Shown here in pieces: positions 12,691 to 26,589 of a stretch of 64,000 nt of DNA. Each line of letters starts with the position of its first letter. The first letter of the stretch is position 1. The notes under the pieces were generated by a model that was given only the letters and a program-made list of their open reading frames with translations, did no database searches and was not told where the DNA came from. Where the stretch lies: NCBI GenBank assembly GCA_951406725.2, contig OX597837.1:41664001-41728000 (forward strand), written 5' to 3'. The DNA is from Octopus vulgaris. Lineage: Eukaryota. The position numbers were made by a program, and so were the translations under genes.

Positions 12691-12979
12691 TACTCACATC
12701 CAGGAGTAGTTAAGTCGATTACATCAACCCTAGTACTCCACTAGTACATATTTTATCGATTCCGAAAGGATGAAAGGTTAAGTCGACCTCTGCGGAATTT
12801 GAACTTAGAAGCATTTTGTTCGGCGTGCTAACGCTTCTGCCAACTCGCTGTATTTGTTAAGTATATAATATTGATAAAGTATTTACTATAGAGAGGTTTG
12901 TATTGCATAAATCGAACTAAACAAAGATATTGCTACGCTACCAACAAATCCTTCACAAGAATGTCTTGTATCGTCACAG

Positions 12980-14200
12980 ATAACAGATACATCTACCTCG
13001 GCAGCCATCTTGGCTATATATATATCTGATAATCACCATGTATCTTAGCAGCCATCTTAGCTCTATTAATCTGGCAAATATTATCTACCACAGAAGCCGC
13101 ATCAGATATATCGACGAAACAAGAATACACAGCTTACTAGATGTCATAAAATAATTATATAATTGGAGAGAATGCGAAATAATTCTTTTTGGAACGGTGG
13201 ATATTGAAGCAGATGAAGCTATAAATAATAGCGCCTAAATATTGGGTTAAAGAATCCTTTGGACTGAAAATTTTGCGTCAGCCCTCATCTACCACAGTAA
13301 CCATCTTTTTAATCTGGCTACCACAATCAGCTGCCACAGCGGTCATTTTAGCCATATTATTCTGCCAGCCGTCAGCTTCTTCAACAGAATTCTTGCCTAT
13401 ATTAATTTGTCGACCATCATCTACCATAATAATCTTCTTCTTCTAACCGCTCAGTCAAAGTCGACTCTCGGTCACTCGTTGGATCAGTGTCCTCCAGTCA
13501 GTTCTATCCTGGGCCGCTTCTTTCAGACTGGCTATGTCCATTCCGGTATCACTCTCGATGGTGTCAAGCCAGCGGGTTCTTGGTCGGCCTCTTCCTTCTT
13601 GCCACTGACCATTCCGAGCATGATGTCCTTCTCCAGGGATTTTCTCCGCATAATATGACCGAAATATGCCAATCTATGCTTGGTGATCCTAGCTTCTAGC
13701 GACATTTTCGGCCTTATCTGCTTAAGAACTTCTCCATTGGTGAGCCTCGCTGTTCATGGAATCCGTAAAATAGTAGTTAAATAATAATAGTAAAAATAAT
13801 AATAGTAGTTATTAATTTGTCGACCATCATCTACCGTAATAATAATAATAGTCATCTCTGTTGTATCTATGATGCAGCTACCATCGACCAGGGTAGGCAT
13901 CTTACCGTGCAGTTATCATCAACCAGAGTAGACATCTTACATGTATTTACTATGAAGCTTCCATCTACAACGACAGCCATCGAAGCTATATTAATCGATC
14001 GACTATTAAACTGCAACGGTAGCCATCTTAGCTGTACTAATCGTGTTGTTATCATTGACATCGACAGAAATCTTAGCTATATTAATTGTGCAACTATCAT
14101 CTACTACAGTAGCCATCTTTACTACATTCACCGTGCGGCTAGAGTCTACCACGGCGGCCATCTTGGCTATATTAATCGTGCAGCTATCATCCATCATAAT
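12980..14200. repeat. Degenerate 45-bp tandem repeat (approx. agccatcttagctatattaatcgtgcagctatcatctaccacagt)
   Basis: Four exact-length 45-bp units at 14021-14200; degenerate units upstream. Confidence 0.75.
13434..13768 (-). mobile_element. RTE-clade LINE 3' fragment, (GAA)n tail
   Basis: ..LAYFGHIMRRKSLEKDIMLGMVSGK..RPRTRWLD..AAQDRTDWR; 34-bp TSD 13400-13433 / 13810-13843; sister copy 43541-43769. Confidence 0.88.
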
Positions 14201-14340
14201 CTATTTCTGATGTCAACGGCCACTCTAGCATTTAATTGTGATATTTCCTGCCATTTGTCCAGTTTACAAATTACCGCTGTTGAAATGAAAGCTTCCAGTT
14301 CACTATACTAGCGAACTGTATGTGCGTTTTGTGCGTGCTT

Positions 14341-14396
<56 letters not shown>

Positions 14397-14419
14397 ACAC
14401 ACTATACATATATACATAC

Positions 14420-14733
14420 ACTCGGTTGGTTATGACGACGAGGGTTCCAGTTGATCCCATCAACGGAACAGCCTGCTCGTGAAATTAACGTGCAAGTGGC
14501 TGAGCACTCCACAGATACATGTACCCTTAATGTGGTTCTCGGGGAGATTCAGCGTGACACAGCATTTGACAAGCCTGGCCCTTTGCAATACAGTAACTAC
14601 TCATTTTTACCAGCTGAGTGGACTGGAGCAATGTGAAATAAAGTGTCTTGCTGAAGGACACAACGCGTCGCCAGGAATTGAACTCACGACCATGCGGTCG
14701 TGAACGAATGCCCTAACCACTAAGCCACGTACC
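14420..14733 (-). mobile_element. tRNA-derived SINE family C
   Basis: Head cgtggcttagtggttaggg..gagttcaattcctgg on -; related copies at 15700-15990, 43782-44040 and 53525-53812. Confidence 0.75.
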
Positions 14734-14778
14734 TTTACACACACACATACATATATACATACATATATACATACATAA

Positions 14779-14864
<86 letters not shown>

Positions 14865-15112
14865 ATAATAATTATATTAGGGAGTAGTTCCAAACTTACA
14901 GGGAAAAATTAGATTTAGGATTAAATCTAATTTCACGGTATAAATATATTATATTAAATTAGAGATAAAACCACTATTAGGCAAATCAAACAGTGAAAAA
15001 CATAAACCAAAACATAAAAATAAAAATAATTAATATAATTTACAAAATATATAAAATATAAAATTTAAATTATAAAATTGATTTGCCTAATAGTGGTTTT
15101 ATCTCTAATTTA

Positions 15113-15163
<51 letters not shown>

Positions 15164-15167
<4 letters not shown>

Positions 15168-15652
15168 AGAAAGAAAAGAAATGTAAGTCACAGAAAGTTT
15201 GTATGATAAAATTTATGGTAATATTAGGAACATTATCATATCATTGCATCATTACAAATTAAATAATTACAGGTTTCATGTTCAACGATTGTCAACTAAT
15301 ATAGAGAAAACTTTTTTGCTGTCAAAAGGACGCCGTCTTTGAAAAAAGTAAACAGGGATGCCGCAAGATGTCAAGGGGAGCAACTCTTATTTTTACATGA
15401 AGCTCTTCCATGTTTTTGGCAAGCATACAGTTACAGGAGTTAATGGCTTCATCTCTGTTAACTTTTTTTCAAAGATGGCGTCCTATTGGCAGCAAAAAAG
15501 TTTTCTCTATATCAGTTGACAATCGTTGACCGTGAAACCGGTGGTACTTATTTAATTTGTAATGATGCAATGATATAATAATGTTCCTAATATCACCATA
15601 AATTTTATTATACGAACTTTCTGTGACTCTTACATTTTTTCTTTCTTATATA
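15164..15652. mobile_element. Foldback element, ~190-bp inverted arms, adjacent to (TA)n
   Basis: ataagaaagaaaa..gtcacagaaagtt..ggacgcc / ggcgtcc..aactttctgtgac..tttctttcttat. Confidence 0.75.
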
Positions 15653-16029
15653 CCTGTCCCACGTGTCTATTCTTCACTATATATACGCTATAATAATTCC
15701 ATATGATCGACATCGACCAGACTATCGGATGTTGTTAAACATCGCTGGTCACAATGCGCTTTGCATTGTTTTAGCTTTCGAATGACGCCACCCCGCTGGC
15801 TTAGCGAGCAGGCCATATTTTCATCCTGATTGGAAAGCCAGTCCGTCATAGGGCTAACCCATTTACAGGCTGAGTAGACTGGAGCAATTTGAAACGAAAT
15901 GTTTTGCTCAGGGACACAATGCGCCAACGGTCCCTGAAATCGAACCGACGATCTAGCAACCGTAAGCGCAACTCACTAGTCACTGGACCAAAATCCTTCT
16001 CATAATAAATTTACTACACCATAATATAA

Positions 16030-16404
16030 CATACTATAACCCGGCAACGCCGGGTTATACTACTAGTGCATGCTTATACAGCTGCGTGCGTGCGCACATA
16101 CACGCGAGTACTGTCCAAATCTCCGACCAATCCCATACAGCTAGCTGGCATTCAATTGACGTATCACGTTTCGGGCATTTTGATTGGGTTTTGGATAGAA
16201 AATTCACTATAAAGTCACTTCTGTTGATTTGTTAATGGCTTTGCGGGGTGACTGGAGGGAATGTAAAGATGTGCACGACCACCCTTGGACGGTTTTGAAT
16301 GACCATAGAAAGTGCGAGATCTCTAACTGAAAAATTATGGATTTGTATAAAGGACACACACACAGACAGACAGACAGACGTTTTGCCGTTTATATATATA
16401 GAGA
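16030..16404. mobile_element. Non-autonomous Helitron/Helentron-like element
   Basis: Hairpin cccggc-aac-gccggg followed by CTAGT; other end (gaca)n..tatatatagagat. Confidence 0.55.
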
Positions 16405-16769
16405 TGATATGATATTAGTGTAATAAATATAATATCATATGATATCTAAAACAATGTAATCACATAATGAAGTTACCTTTTTCTTTTCATAGATTAATCC
16501 CGACTAATACATTTAGTCGCCAATAATATTTAATTATCCATAGATTATTCTCAACTAATCACCTTTTCCCGCCGCTTTTCCAACGCAGATCATCTTTGCA
16601 ATATGTCCGCCAACACTGCTTTTTGCATCATAAACACAAATGTATTTAATACAACCCAACTATTTTAGTTTGTTGAACCCAAACTGATTTTAATTCTTGT
16701 AAGCTCCTTTATCATTTTAATTATCATACTTAATTAAGTGATTTACTTAATTATTATTGTAAGTTATTT

Positions 16770-17774
16770 ATTTATTCACTTCTTCTCCTTCTTCTTCTTC
16801 GGCTTCTTCCTCTTGCTTTTCTTCCTTCTTTTTCTTCTTTTCTCATTCTTCTTCGCCTTCGTTTTGTTATTTCCCATTCTTATTTCTTCTTCTTTCCTCT
16901 TCTTTTTCTTCTTCATTCTCTTCTTCGCCTTTTTCTTTTTCTTTCTTTCTTCTTTTTTCTTCTTCTTTTCGTCTTCTTTCTTTTTTCTTCTTTTTCTTCT
17001 TCAATTTTTTTCCTTCTTCATCTTTTTCTTCTTCTCTCTCATCATCTTTTTCTTCTTATTTCTTTTTATTTTTCCTCATTTTTCTTCTTTTTTCTTCTTT
17101 TTATTCTTTCTTCTTCGCATTTTTCGCATTCTTCCTCTTTCGCTTCTTTTTTCATTTTATTCTTCGTCTTCTTTTTCTACTTCTTTACCGGCTTCTTTCT
17201 CTTCCTTTTCTTTTTCTCCTCATTCTTCTTCTTCTTCTTCTTCTTCTTCTTCTTCTTCTTCTTCTTCTTCTTCTTCTTCATCTACTCCTCCTCCTCCCCC
17301 TCCTTCTTGAGCCAGTCCAGATCAAGTCTCAGAGAGCAGACCTTTGATCATAAGTAATCGAGATCACTCTCTCCCGTAATCATTCTCTTCCCTCTCCCCC
17401 TCTCCTCTCTTCATCTGGCTCCTTTTCTCTTTCCCTCTCCCTCTCCTCTCTCTCTCCCCAAAAGTCTCTGAGACTGTATTATCTGTTATCTAAGTTTCTT
17501 TTTATCCTGTTGTATGTTGTGGTTTTAATCTCTTATCTCTCTTATGTGTTTCAGTCATTAGACTGCGGTCATGCTGGGGCATCACCTTGAAGTGGTTTAG
17601 CTGAACAAATCGTCCGCATATGTTTTCAAAGCTAACCTCTTACCACGCCTGCGCCTGACAAACTTCTTACCAATGAGAGATTTTGGGTTGCTATTTCTAG
17701 CAAGTCAAGCAACTACACAGGGACGCTTATTTATTGGAAAGCGTTTTGCGCTTGTGTACTTGTATGTATGTATG

Positions 17775-17805
<31 letters not shown>

Positions 17806-18862
17806 TGTACGTATGTATGTACGTATGTGTGTATGTATGTGCGTATGTATGTTTATATGTTTATATGTTTCTATGTATGTATGTATGTTTGTATGCATGT
17901 TTGTATATACGTATGTATGTATGTTTGTATGTGTGTGTTTATATGTATGTATGTTTGTATTATGTTTCTATGTATGTATGTATGTCTATATGTATGTATG
18001 TTTGTATGTATGCATGTATGCATGTATATATGTTTGTATGTATGTATGTATGTTTGTATGTATGTATGTTTGTATGTATGTATGTGTGTATGTATGTACG
18101 TTTGTATGTATGTATGTATGTATGTATGTATGTATTATGTTTATATGTATGTATGTATGTATGTATGTGCGTATGTATGTTTGTATGTGTGTATGTTTGT
18201 ATGCATGTATGTTGTATGTATGTATATATGATGTTTGTATATTGGTATGTATGTATGATATGCGTATATATGCATGTATGTATGCATGCATCTATGTATG
18301 CATGTATGTGTGTATATATCTATGTATGCATGTATGTGTTCATATGTGTGTTTGCATGTGTGTGAGTATATACACCTGTGTGCGTGTACCTATATCTGTG
18401 TGTGTGTGAGATTGTATGTACTTACGCATGAGTATTTGTATGTATATATCTCTGTGTGCATGTGTATGTGTGTGTATATGTGTATGCATATTTTGTATAC
18501 TTGTGTATACGTGTACGCGTGAGTGTCTGCATGTGCATGTACTCGTGTGCGTATGGAAATGTGTGCATGCCTGTATATGTGTGTACTTGTGCGCGTATGT
18601 GTGCTTGTATCTGTGTGGATATCTATTTCTCTGTGTGTGTTTGTGTGTGTACGTGTGCTTGCATGTGTGTATATCTGTTTGTGTGCGTATGTATGTGTGT
18701 ACGTGTGCGTGTATGTGTGCTTGTATCTGTATATATATCTGTTTCTGTTTCTGTGTGTGTGTACGTGTGCTTGCATGTTTGTATATCTGTTTGTGTATGT
18801 ATGTATGTGTGTATTTGTGCGTGTATATCTGTGCTTGTATCTGTGTGTATATCTGTTTCTCT

Positions 18863-18908
<46 letters not shown>

Positions 18909-19016
18909 ATGTGTGCTTGGATATGTGTGTATACCTGTTTGTGTACGTATGTGTGTGTGTACGTTTGCGTGTATGAGTGCTTGTATCTCTGTGTATATTT
19001 GTTTCTCTGTATGTGC

Positions 19017-19062
<46 letters not shown>

Positions 19063-19110
19063 TTGTGTGTGTGTGCGTGCGTGTGTGCGTGTGTGTGTGT
19101 GCGTGTACGT
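16770..19110. repeat. (TTC)n, (TATG)n and (TG)n degenerate microsatellite fields
   Basis: Direct reading. Confidence 0.9.
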
Positions 19111-19874
19111 AAGCTATTATTACAAGTAGCTTCCAAAAATCCTCGAAATTAAGATACCATTTCCTCGTTTATTCTTCTACAAAGAGGGAACCGATCTCTT
19201 CGACGATTCCACCACCACACCACCACCACCACCACCACCACCACCACCACACCTCCACCATACCACCACCCTCACCCTCACCCCCACCGCCATCTTTCCG
19301 TTTCTTGCGTTATTCTTCTTTAGATTCTTTGTTTACGATATCAGAAAGGAAATCATCGACCGTCGACTGACCATCTTCGTTCGGTTTTTGTTGGCGGATG
19401 TCCAGCGTAGCATTCGGCCTGTCGAAACACGATCAGATATGGTCGGATGCTAATGAATAATACGCGGTAGCGATTTGAGTCGGGGTGGGCGTGGGCGGAA
19501 AGTGTAATGATAAGAAGGAAGAAAAACGGCACAGAACCGTTTAAAGGGAATTGTTGCAGTGATGTCTTTTTGGTTTGTGGACGGAGACGAAACGAACGTG
19601 TTTCGCTCTTGTCTTCAATGGAAGAAAAATTCTTGTTAAAGGTATCGGAGTTGCTTTTCAAACAGCTGAACTGACCATGTAGAAAAAGCAGATTAGAGGC
19701 AGAAGGTACGAAGTGACAGAGGAACAGACCACGGGGACAACAACGACAACAACAATGACGACGACGACGACAATGGTGATGATGATGATAATGGTAAAGA
19801 AGAAGAACAACAACAACAAGATGTTGACGATGACGATGATGATGACGACTATGGTGGTGACGATGATGATGATA

Positions 19875-19919
<45 letters not shown>

Positions 19920-20082
19920 GTGAAGAAGAAGAAGAAGAAGAAGAAGAAGAAGATATTGACGATGAGGATGACGATGATGATGACTACGATGGTGATGATG
20001 ATGATGATGATGATGATGACGACGACGATGATGATGATGGCGGCGACGGCGGCGGTGATGATGATGCTGTTAATGATGCTGC

Positions 20083-20114
<32 letters not shown>

Positions 20115-20388
20115 ATGGGGATAACGACGACAATGTAGAAGAAGAAGAAGCAGAAGAAGAAGAACAATAACAACAACAACTACAAGACAGGAGGAGAAAC
20201 AACAAGAACATCGGCAATAAGTGGACGTAGGGGCTGTGGTGTGAGCGAGGGGGGGAGAAGGGAGAAGGTGAGGGTGGCCAAAAATGGAATGGCGAATGGT
20301 TTTGGAATTCTTTGTGATAAATAATTACGAAGAATGACAGAGGAGGAGCAATATGAGAAACGGGAAGAGGAGAGAGAGAGAGAGAGGC

Positions 20389-20437
<49 letters not shown>

Positions 20438-21122
20438 CAGACAGACAGATAGAGATAGAGAAGGGGAGAGTGAGATAAAGAGAGATAGAGAAAATGTTGT
20501 GTGTACGTGTGTGTGTTTGTGTGTGTCTGCATGTAAGAGAGAAGCGTGTGTGCATGTGTGTGTATATGTGAAAGTGCGTGTGTGTGTGTGAATGTATAGG
20601 TGAGACAGGTGGAGAGTGTGAGAGAGTCAAAGAAAGACAGTTTGGGAGTATGTGAGAGAGAGAGAGAGAAACTGTATGAGAGAGAGAGGGGTGAGAGACA
20701 GAAACAGACAAACAGTGAAAGAGAAGGGAAAATGGACTGGCATTCAAAGCTTGGTGGCGACGGTGATGCTGGTGGTGGTGGTGGTGGTGGGTTTTGGAAA
20801 CAAAGAGTTTAAGAAATGAAAAGATATGCGAGGGACAACGCTGGAAGTTAAAAGGATAACATCGATGGTGATAAAGATATCAATGGCGAGGAGGAGGGGG
20901 AGGAGAAGGAGGAGGAGGAGAAGGAGAAGGAGGAGGAGGAGGAGGAGGAGGAGGAGGATGGGAAGAGGAGGGGTTGAAGAAGTGGAGGAGGGGGAGGAGG
21001 AGGAAGTCGTGAGAAAAGGAGGTGTGAGAAGGAGGAGGGGGAAGACGTGAACAACAGAAATATGTTTCGAAATGATAGTAACTGATGAACATTTACATAT
21101 AAATATACGTAGACATGCAGTC

Positions 21123-21154
<32 letters not shown>

Positions 21155-21324
21155 CACACACACACATATATATATATACACACACATATATATATATACA
21201 TATATATACATATATATGTTTGTGTGTGTGTGTGTGTATGAGAGAGAGAGATAAGGGGAAAGGGGAGAGAGAATGGGAAAGAGATAAATGATAGAAAATG
21301 GAATGAACCCCATCTTTCATTTAA

Positions 21325-22215
21325 ATTCCACTACAATTGTTTCGACACATTTTTACGCCTGTAGTAAATAGGTGAGATGTGCAATCATTATCTTACATCG
21401 AAGGTGTAAAGTGCACCTTCTCAGGTGATTATTTGAATAAGTTCTTCGTTTGATTATCTGACCATTTCACTCAGTGCGATAATGCATACCCAAACTTTGG
21501 ATATGTATTTATCACTCTGAGTAAGGTGGCGAGTTTAGTGGTATTTCGTCTGCCGTTACGTTCTGAGTTCAAATTCCGCCTAGGTCAACTTTGCCTTTCA
21601 TCCTTTACGCACTGGGGTTGATGTAATCGACTTAATCCCTTTGTATGTCCTTGTTTGTCCCCTCAATTTTTAGCCCCTTGTGGGCAATAAAGAAATAAGA
21701 AACGTTAGCAAGCCGGGCGAAATGCTCAGTGGTATTTTGTCTGCTGCTACGTTCTGAGTTCAAATTCCGCCGAGGTCGACTTTGCCTTTCATCCTTTCAG
21801 GGTCGATTAAATAAGTACCAGTTACGCACTGGGGTCGATGTAATCGACTTAATCCGTTTGTCTGTCCTTGTTTGTCCTCTCTGTGTTTAGCCCCTTGTGA
21901 GTAGTAAAGAAATAGGTATTTCGTCTGCCGTTACGTTCTGAGTTCAAATTCCGCCAAGGTCGACTTTGCCTTTCATCCTTTCGGGGTCGATAAATTAAGT
22001 ACCAGTTAGGCACTGGGGTCGATGTAATCGACTGCCCCCACCCACCCAAAACTCTCGAGCCTTGTACCTAGTGTAGAAAAGGTTATCACTCTGAGTGAAA
22101 TGACGGTAAGACCTTATTTAAATAAGAGACGCATTTTACACCTTCGATGTATAACAATGATTACACATCTCATCTATGTACTGAAGGTGTAAAGATATGT
22201 CGAAACGTATGTATA
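21325..22215. mobile_element. Inverted-repeat PLE-like element (degenerate hammerhead 21329-21427 on -) split by a SINE-B array
   Basis: Arms 21330-21500 and 22085-22213 are inverted; on -: CTGAGAA..GAA-ACAATTGT-A. Confidence 0.6.
21524..22081 (+). mobile_element. SINE family B, trimeric array with 14-bp TSD ttatcactctgagt
   Basis: Three units of gttctgagttcaaattccgcc..ctttgcctttcatccttt..; TSD at 21509 and 22083. Confidence 0.85.
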
Positions 22216-22463
22216 TATGTATATATGCATGTATGTATATAGTGAAAGTGGTTGCATAGATTTTATGTATATACAAACATACACACACACATACACACAT
22301 GCATACATCTCAATTATGCATCGTGTGTGTGTGTGTGTATTAAGCTGAGAGCTTAATATATGTGAAAGCGCATGGCTTAGTGTAGTGTTAGGGTGCTCCA
22401 CTCCCGATTTGGGGATCGTGGTTTCAATTCACACCGCTCTGTATCTATCTATCTATCTATCTA

Positions 22464-22543
<80 letters not shown>

Positions 22544-22552
22544 CATGATATA

Positions 22553-22594
<42 letters not shown>

Positions 22595-22724
22595 TAAAAA
22601 GAATTCCAACCTTGTCTGATTTTCACGTTTTATTTACAATCTTATAATGATATATTATAAGATAATATATTATAATTGAATAAAATAAAATGAAATAGTA
22701 GAATGTTAAATATTCATTCTGATT

Positions 22725-22767
22725 GAACTAGTACTTTCATGCATTGAATTCTGCAATCTTCGGGTTC
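22725..22767 (-). ncRNA. Minimal hammerhead-like motif (one core mismatch) between (TA)n tracts
   Basis: gaac-CCGAAGA-ttgca..tgcat-GAA-AGTACT-A-gttc. Confidence 0.55.
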
Positions 22768-22784
22768 ATGTAGTAGTGTTGACA

Positions 22785-22837
<53 letters not shown>

Positions 22838-23262
22838 TATATATATCATGTATATATACGCATATACACTCTCGCATATGGAACAACATACATACACACA
22901 CACGCGCATATTTACACGCACAATAAAAAACACACGATCACTAACCACACACATACGCACACACACGCGCACACACATATATATACACAGATGCACACAC
23001 AGACGAACACATGCATAAACATATGGACGCATATTAACTAACAGCATACAGAGACACACACACACACACATACATATAACCTCACTCACATACACACACA
23101 CAGACGTACGCACACGCACACACACATACACACACATACGCGCGCACATACAGATAACCACATACATGCATAACAATACGGACGCATATTCGCAAGCAGC
23201 ACACACGCACACACACACACATACACGCACACATACACGCACATACACACGCACACACACAC

Positions 23263-23336
<74 letters not shown>

Positions 23337-23430
23337 ACACACGCACACCGTCCGGCGTTCGTTGCCAACTTCCAAGAATGACGCGAGTATTTCATGGATT
23401 TCTGACTCGATGACTAACGAAGACGGCTGA

Positions 23431-23483
<53 letters not shown>

Positions 23484-23924
23484 TGAGTGAGAGAGGAAGA
23501 GAGAGAGAGAGAGTGGAAGAGAGAGAGAGGGGGAGGGAGAGAGAGAGTCTGCGGTAAATAGAGAAGCGTGTGCAGCCGAGCGTGTGACTGGTGCTAATTT
23601 GCATGTGCAAACAGCCAGCTCTAATTCAAACAGATCAACAACACACACCCACACACACACACACACACACTCAGCCACATATACACACACACACGCGCGC
23701 ATACACACACAGCCTCCACATACACTCACACAGCCACACACACACACGCAGTCACACACACGCAGCAATACACATACACACACACAGCCACACACACACA
23801 CTCAGCCACATACACACACACGCACACGCACACACACAGCCGCACACACAGCCATATACACAGACACACAACCCACATACACACACAGCCACACACACGA
23901 AATGGATACTTAGAATAATATTCT

Positions 23925-24310
23925 TTTACACTTTTATATGTTTCAGTCATTTGACTGCGGCCATGCTGGAGCACCGCCTTTAGTCGAACTTATTCTTTGT
24001 AAGCCTAGTACTTATCCTATCGGTCTCTTTTGCTGAACTACTAAGTTACGGGAACGTAAACACACTATCATCGGTTGTCAAGCGATAGTGGGTGAACAAA
24101 CATAAACACACAAACACAGACACACAAATATATACATATATAAGACGGGCTTCTTTCAGTTTCCGTCTACCAAATCCACTCACAAGGCTTTGGTCGGCCC
24201 AAGGCTATAGTAGAAGACACTTGCCCAAGGTGCCACGCAGTGGGACTGAACCTAGAATTATGTGGTTGGGAAGCAAGCTACTTACCACACAGCCACGCCT
24301 GCGCCTCTTG
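23925..24310 (-). mobile_element. SINE family A, full length
   Basis: Matches family consensus end to end. Confidence 0.85.
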
Positions 24311-24539
24311 TTTGTTACTTATTTCAGTTATTTGACTGCGGCCATGCTGTGGCATTGCTTTGAAGAAACTTTCAGTAGAATGAATCGATTCCAATAATAT
24401 TTTTTCTTTTTAAGTCTGGTACTTATTCTATCGTACCATTTTGCCAAACTGCCAATTTACGAGGGATGTAAACATACCAGCACCGGTTGTCAAGCGGTGA
24501 TGAGGAACAAAGACACAAAGACACACACGAAGATGTGTA

Positions 24540-24613
<74 letters not shown>

Positions 24614-24865
24614 TAAATAATAGTGTTAATGGTTTTTAAAAAAACCAACAATTATTTACTGGTAGATTTCAGCATGCAAATATAACCATTAACTGTAGGA
24701 ACTTCTATAAAAGTTCAATATATATTTTGTATATAAATAAAAAAAAGGCAGGCAACAGGTTGCTTAGCCACATACCGAAAAAACTAGAAATAGCAGTCAA
24801 AGACTGTTTATTTCTATTTTCTACAAATAAGACTCCACATACGACATATTATTGTTATTATTGTT

Positions 24866-24967
24866 GACCTGAGGAGTGACTATAATTTTAAATTGAACTA
24901 CTTTTCGATTAAATTTAAATTTAATTGTGATTCGAATTTAAATTATAGCCATGAAACGTACGTAGTC
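24866..24967 (+). ncRNA. Type I hammerhead ribozyme with extended stem II, intact core
   Basis: gac-CTGAGGA-gtgactataattt..aaattatagccat-GAA-ACGTACGT-A-gtc; inside a PLE-like element (24612-25190) related to 14870-15115. Confidence 0.75.
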
Positions 24968-25195
24968 TTTTTACTTATTATATATTGTTTATTCATTTTT
25001 CTATTTTTTGTGATCTAGTTATATGTTTTAAAATATATTCTATTTTTATTTATGATTTGGTTTATGTCTATCATTGTTTGAATTGCATAATAGTGGTTTA
25101 TATATATTATATATTTATATTGTGAAATTTGATTTAATACTAAATTCAATTTTCCCCTGTAAGTTTGGAGTTATACTCCCTAATATTAGATAGAT

Positions 25196-25263
<68 letters not shown>

Positions 25264-25540
25264 TACAGTTTCCGTCAACCAAATCTACTCACAAAGCTTT
25301 CGTCAGTACGAGGCTGTAGTAGAAGACACAAGACACTTGCACAAAGTGTCACACAATGGGACTGAACGCAGAGCCATGTGGTTGGGAAGCAAACTTCATA
25401 CCACCCAGCCACGCCTGCAGCTATATTATCTTTGGAAAAATAATTCGTTAGGAAATTTCAAGGAATCTCACGATTCTTAATAAACCGAAGTTACAATCGT
25501 TGGTAGAACTCATTGGTAACGGAAGGGAGATTTTGTATCT

Positions 25541-26040
25541 TGTGTGGTAAGAAGCTTGCTTCCTAACCACATGGTTCCGGTTTCAGTCCCACAGCGTGGC
25601 ACGTTGGGCATGTATCTTTTACTATAGCCTTGGGCCGACCAAAGCTTTGTAAGTGGATTTCGTAGGCAGAAACTGAAAGAAGCCCGTTGTATATAAGTGT
25701 GTATGTGTGCGTGCATGTGTACGTGTGTGTGTGAGTGTTTGTGTGTCTGTGGTTGCCCCCACCACCGCTTGACAACGGGTGTTGGTGTGTTTACGTCACT
25801 GTAGTCTAGTATTTTGACAACCCGTGTTGGTGTGTTTACGTCCCCGTAATCTAGGAGGCATAATTGTTATGGGTCTATGAATCTCACTTTGCAATTATGT
25901 GGAGTCGGGGACTCATTTCCACGGTGCTTTAAAAAAAAATCAAGTCCTGGGGTCGATTTGTTCGAATAAAAACCCCTCAAGGCGGTGCCCCAGTATGGCC
26001 GCAGTCAAATCACTAAAACAAGTAAGAGAATAAAAGAATA
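25541..26040 (+). mobile_element. SINE family A with internal duplication/insertion
   Basis: Family consensus; duplicated gacaac..gtgttggtgtgtttacgtc. Confidence 0.75.
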
Positions 26041-26376
26041 CATATATACATATTCTTGGATATTCTCTTCAAAACAGACACATTTACACCCAACAGACAC
26101 ACACACATTCCTACATACCGAATTGTGGACTGGAACATATACGCATATGTGCACACACACACACACACGTGCCAGCGTATATGAATATGTATGAATGTCT
26201 GTGGGTATGTGCATCTATATATACATACACAAGCATATATGTATATATATATACACACACACATACAAATGTATACTCATATATAGGTATGTATATGTAT
26301 CTACATACATATACATACACACACACACACAAACATAAATATATACATAAGCAAATATAAACACAAACAAATATAA

Positions 26377-26436
<60 letters not shown>

Positions 26437-26456
26437 TTATTTATTTATTTATATAC

Positions 26457-26539
<83 letters not shown>

Positions 26540-26589
26540 CATACACACACGCTCGTGTACACATGCACGCACCTGGCCCACGATCTATA

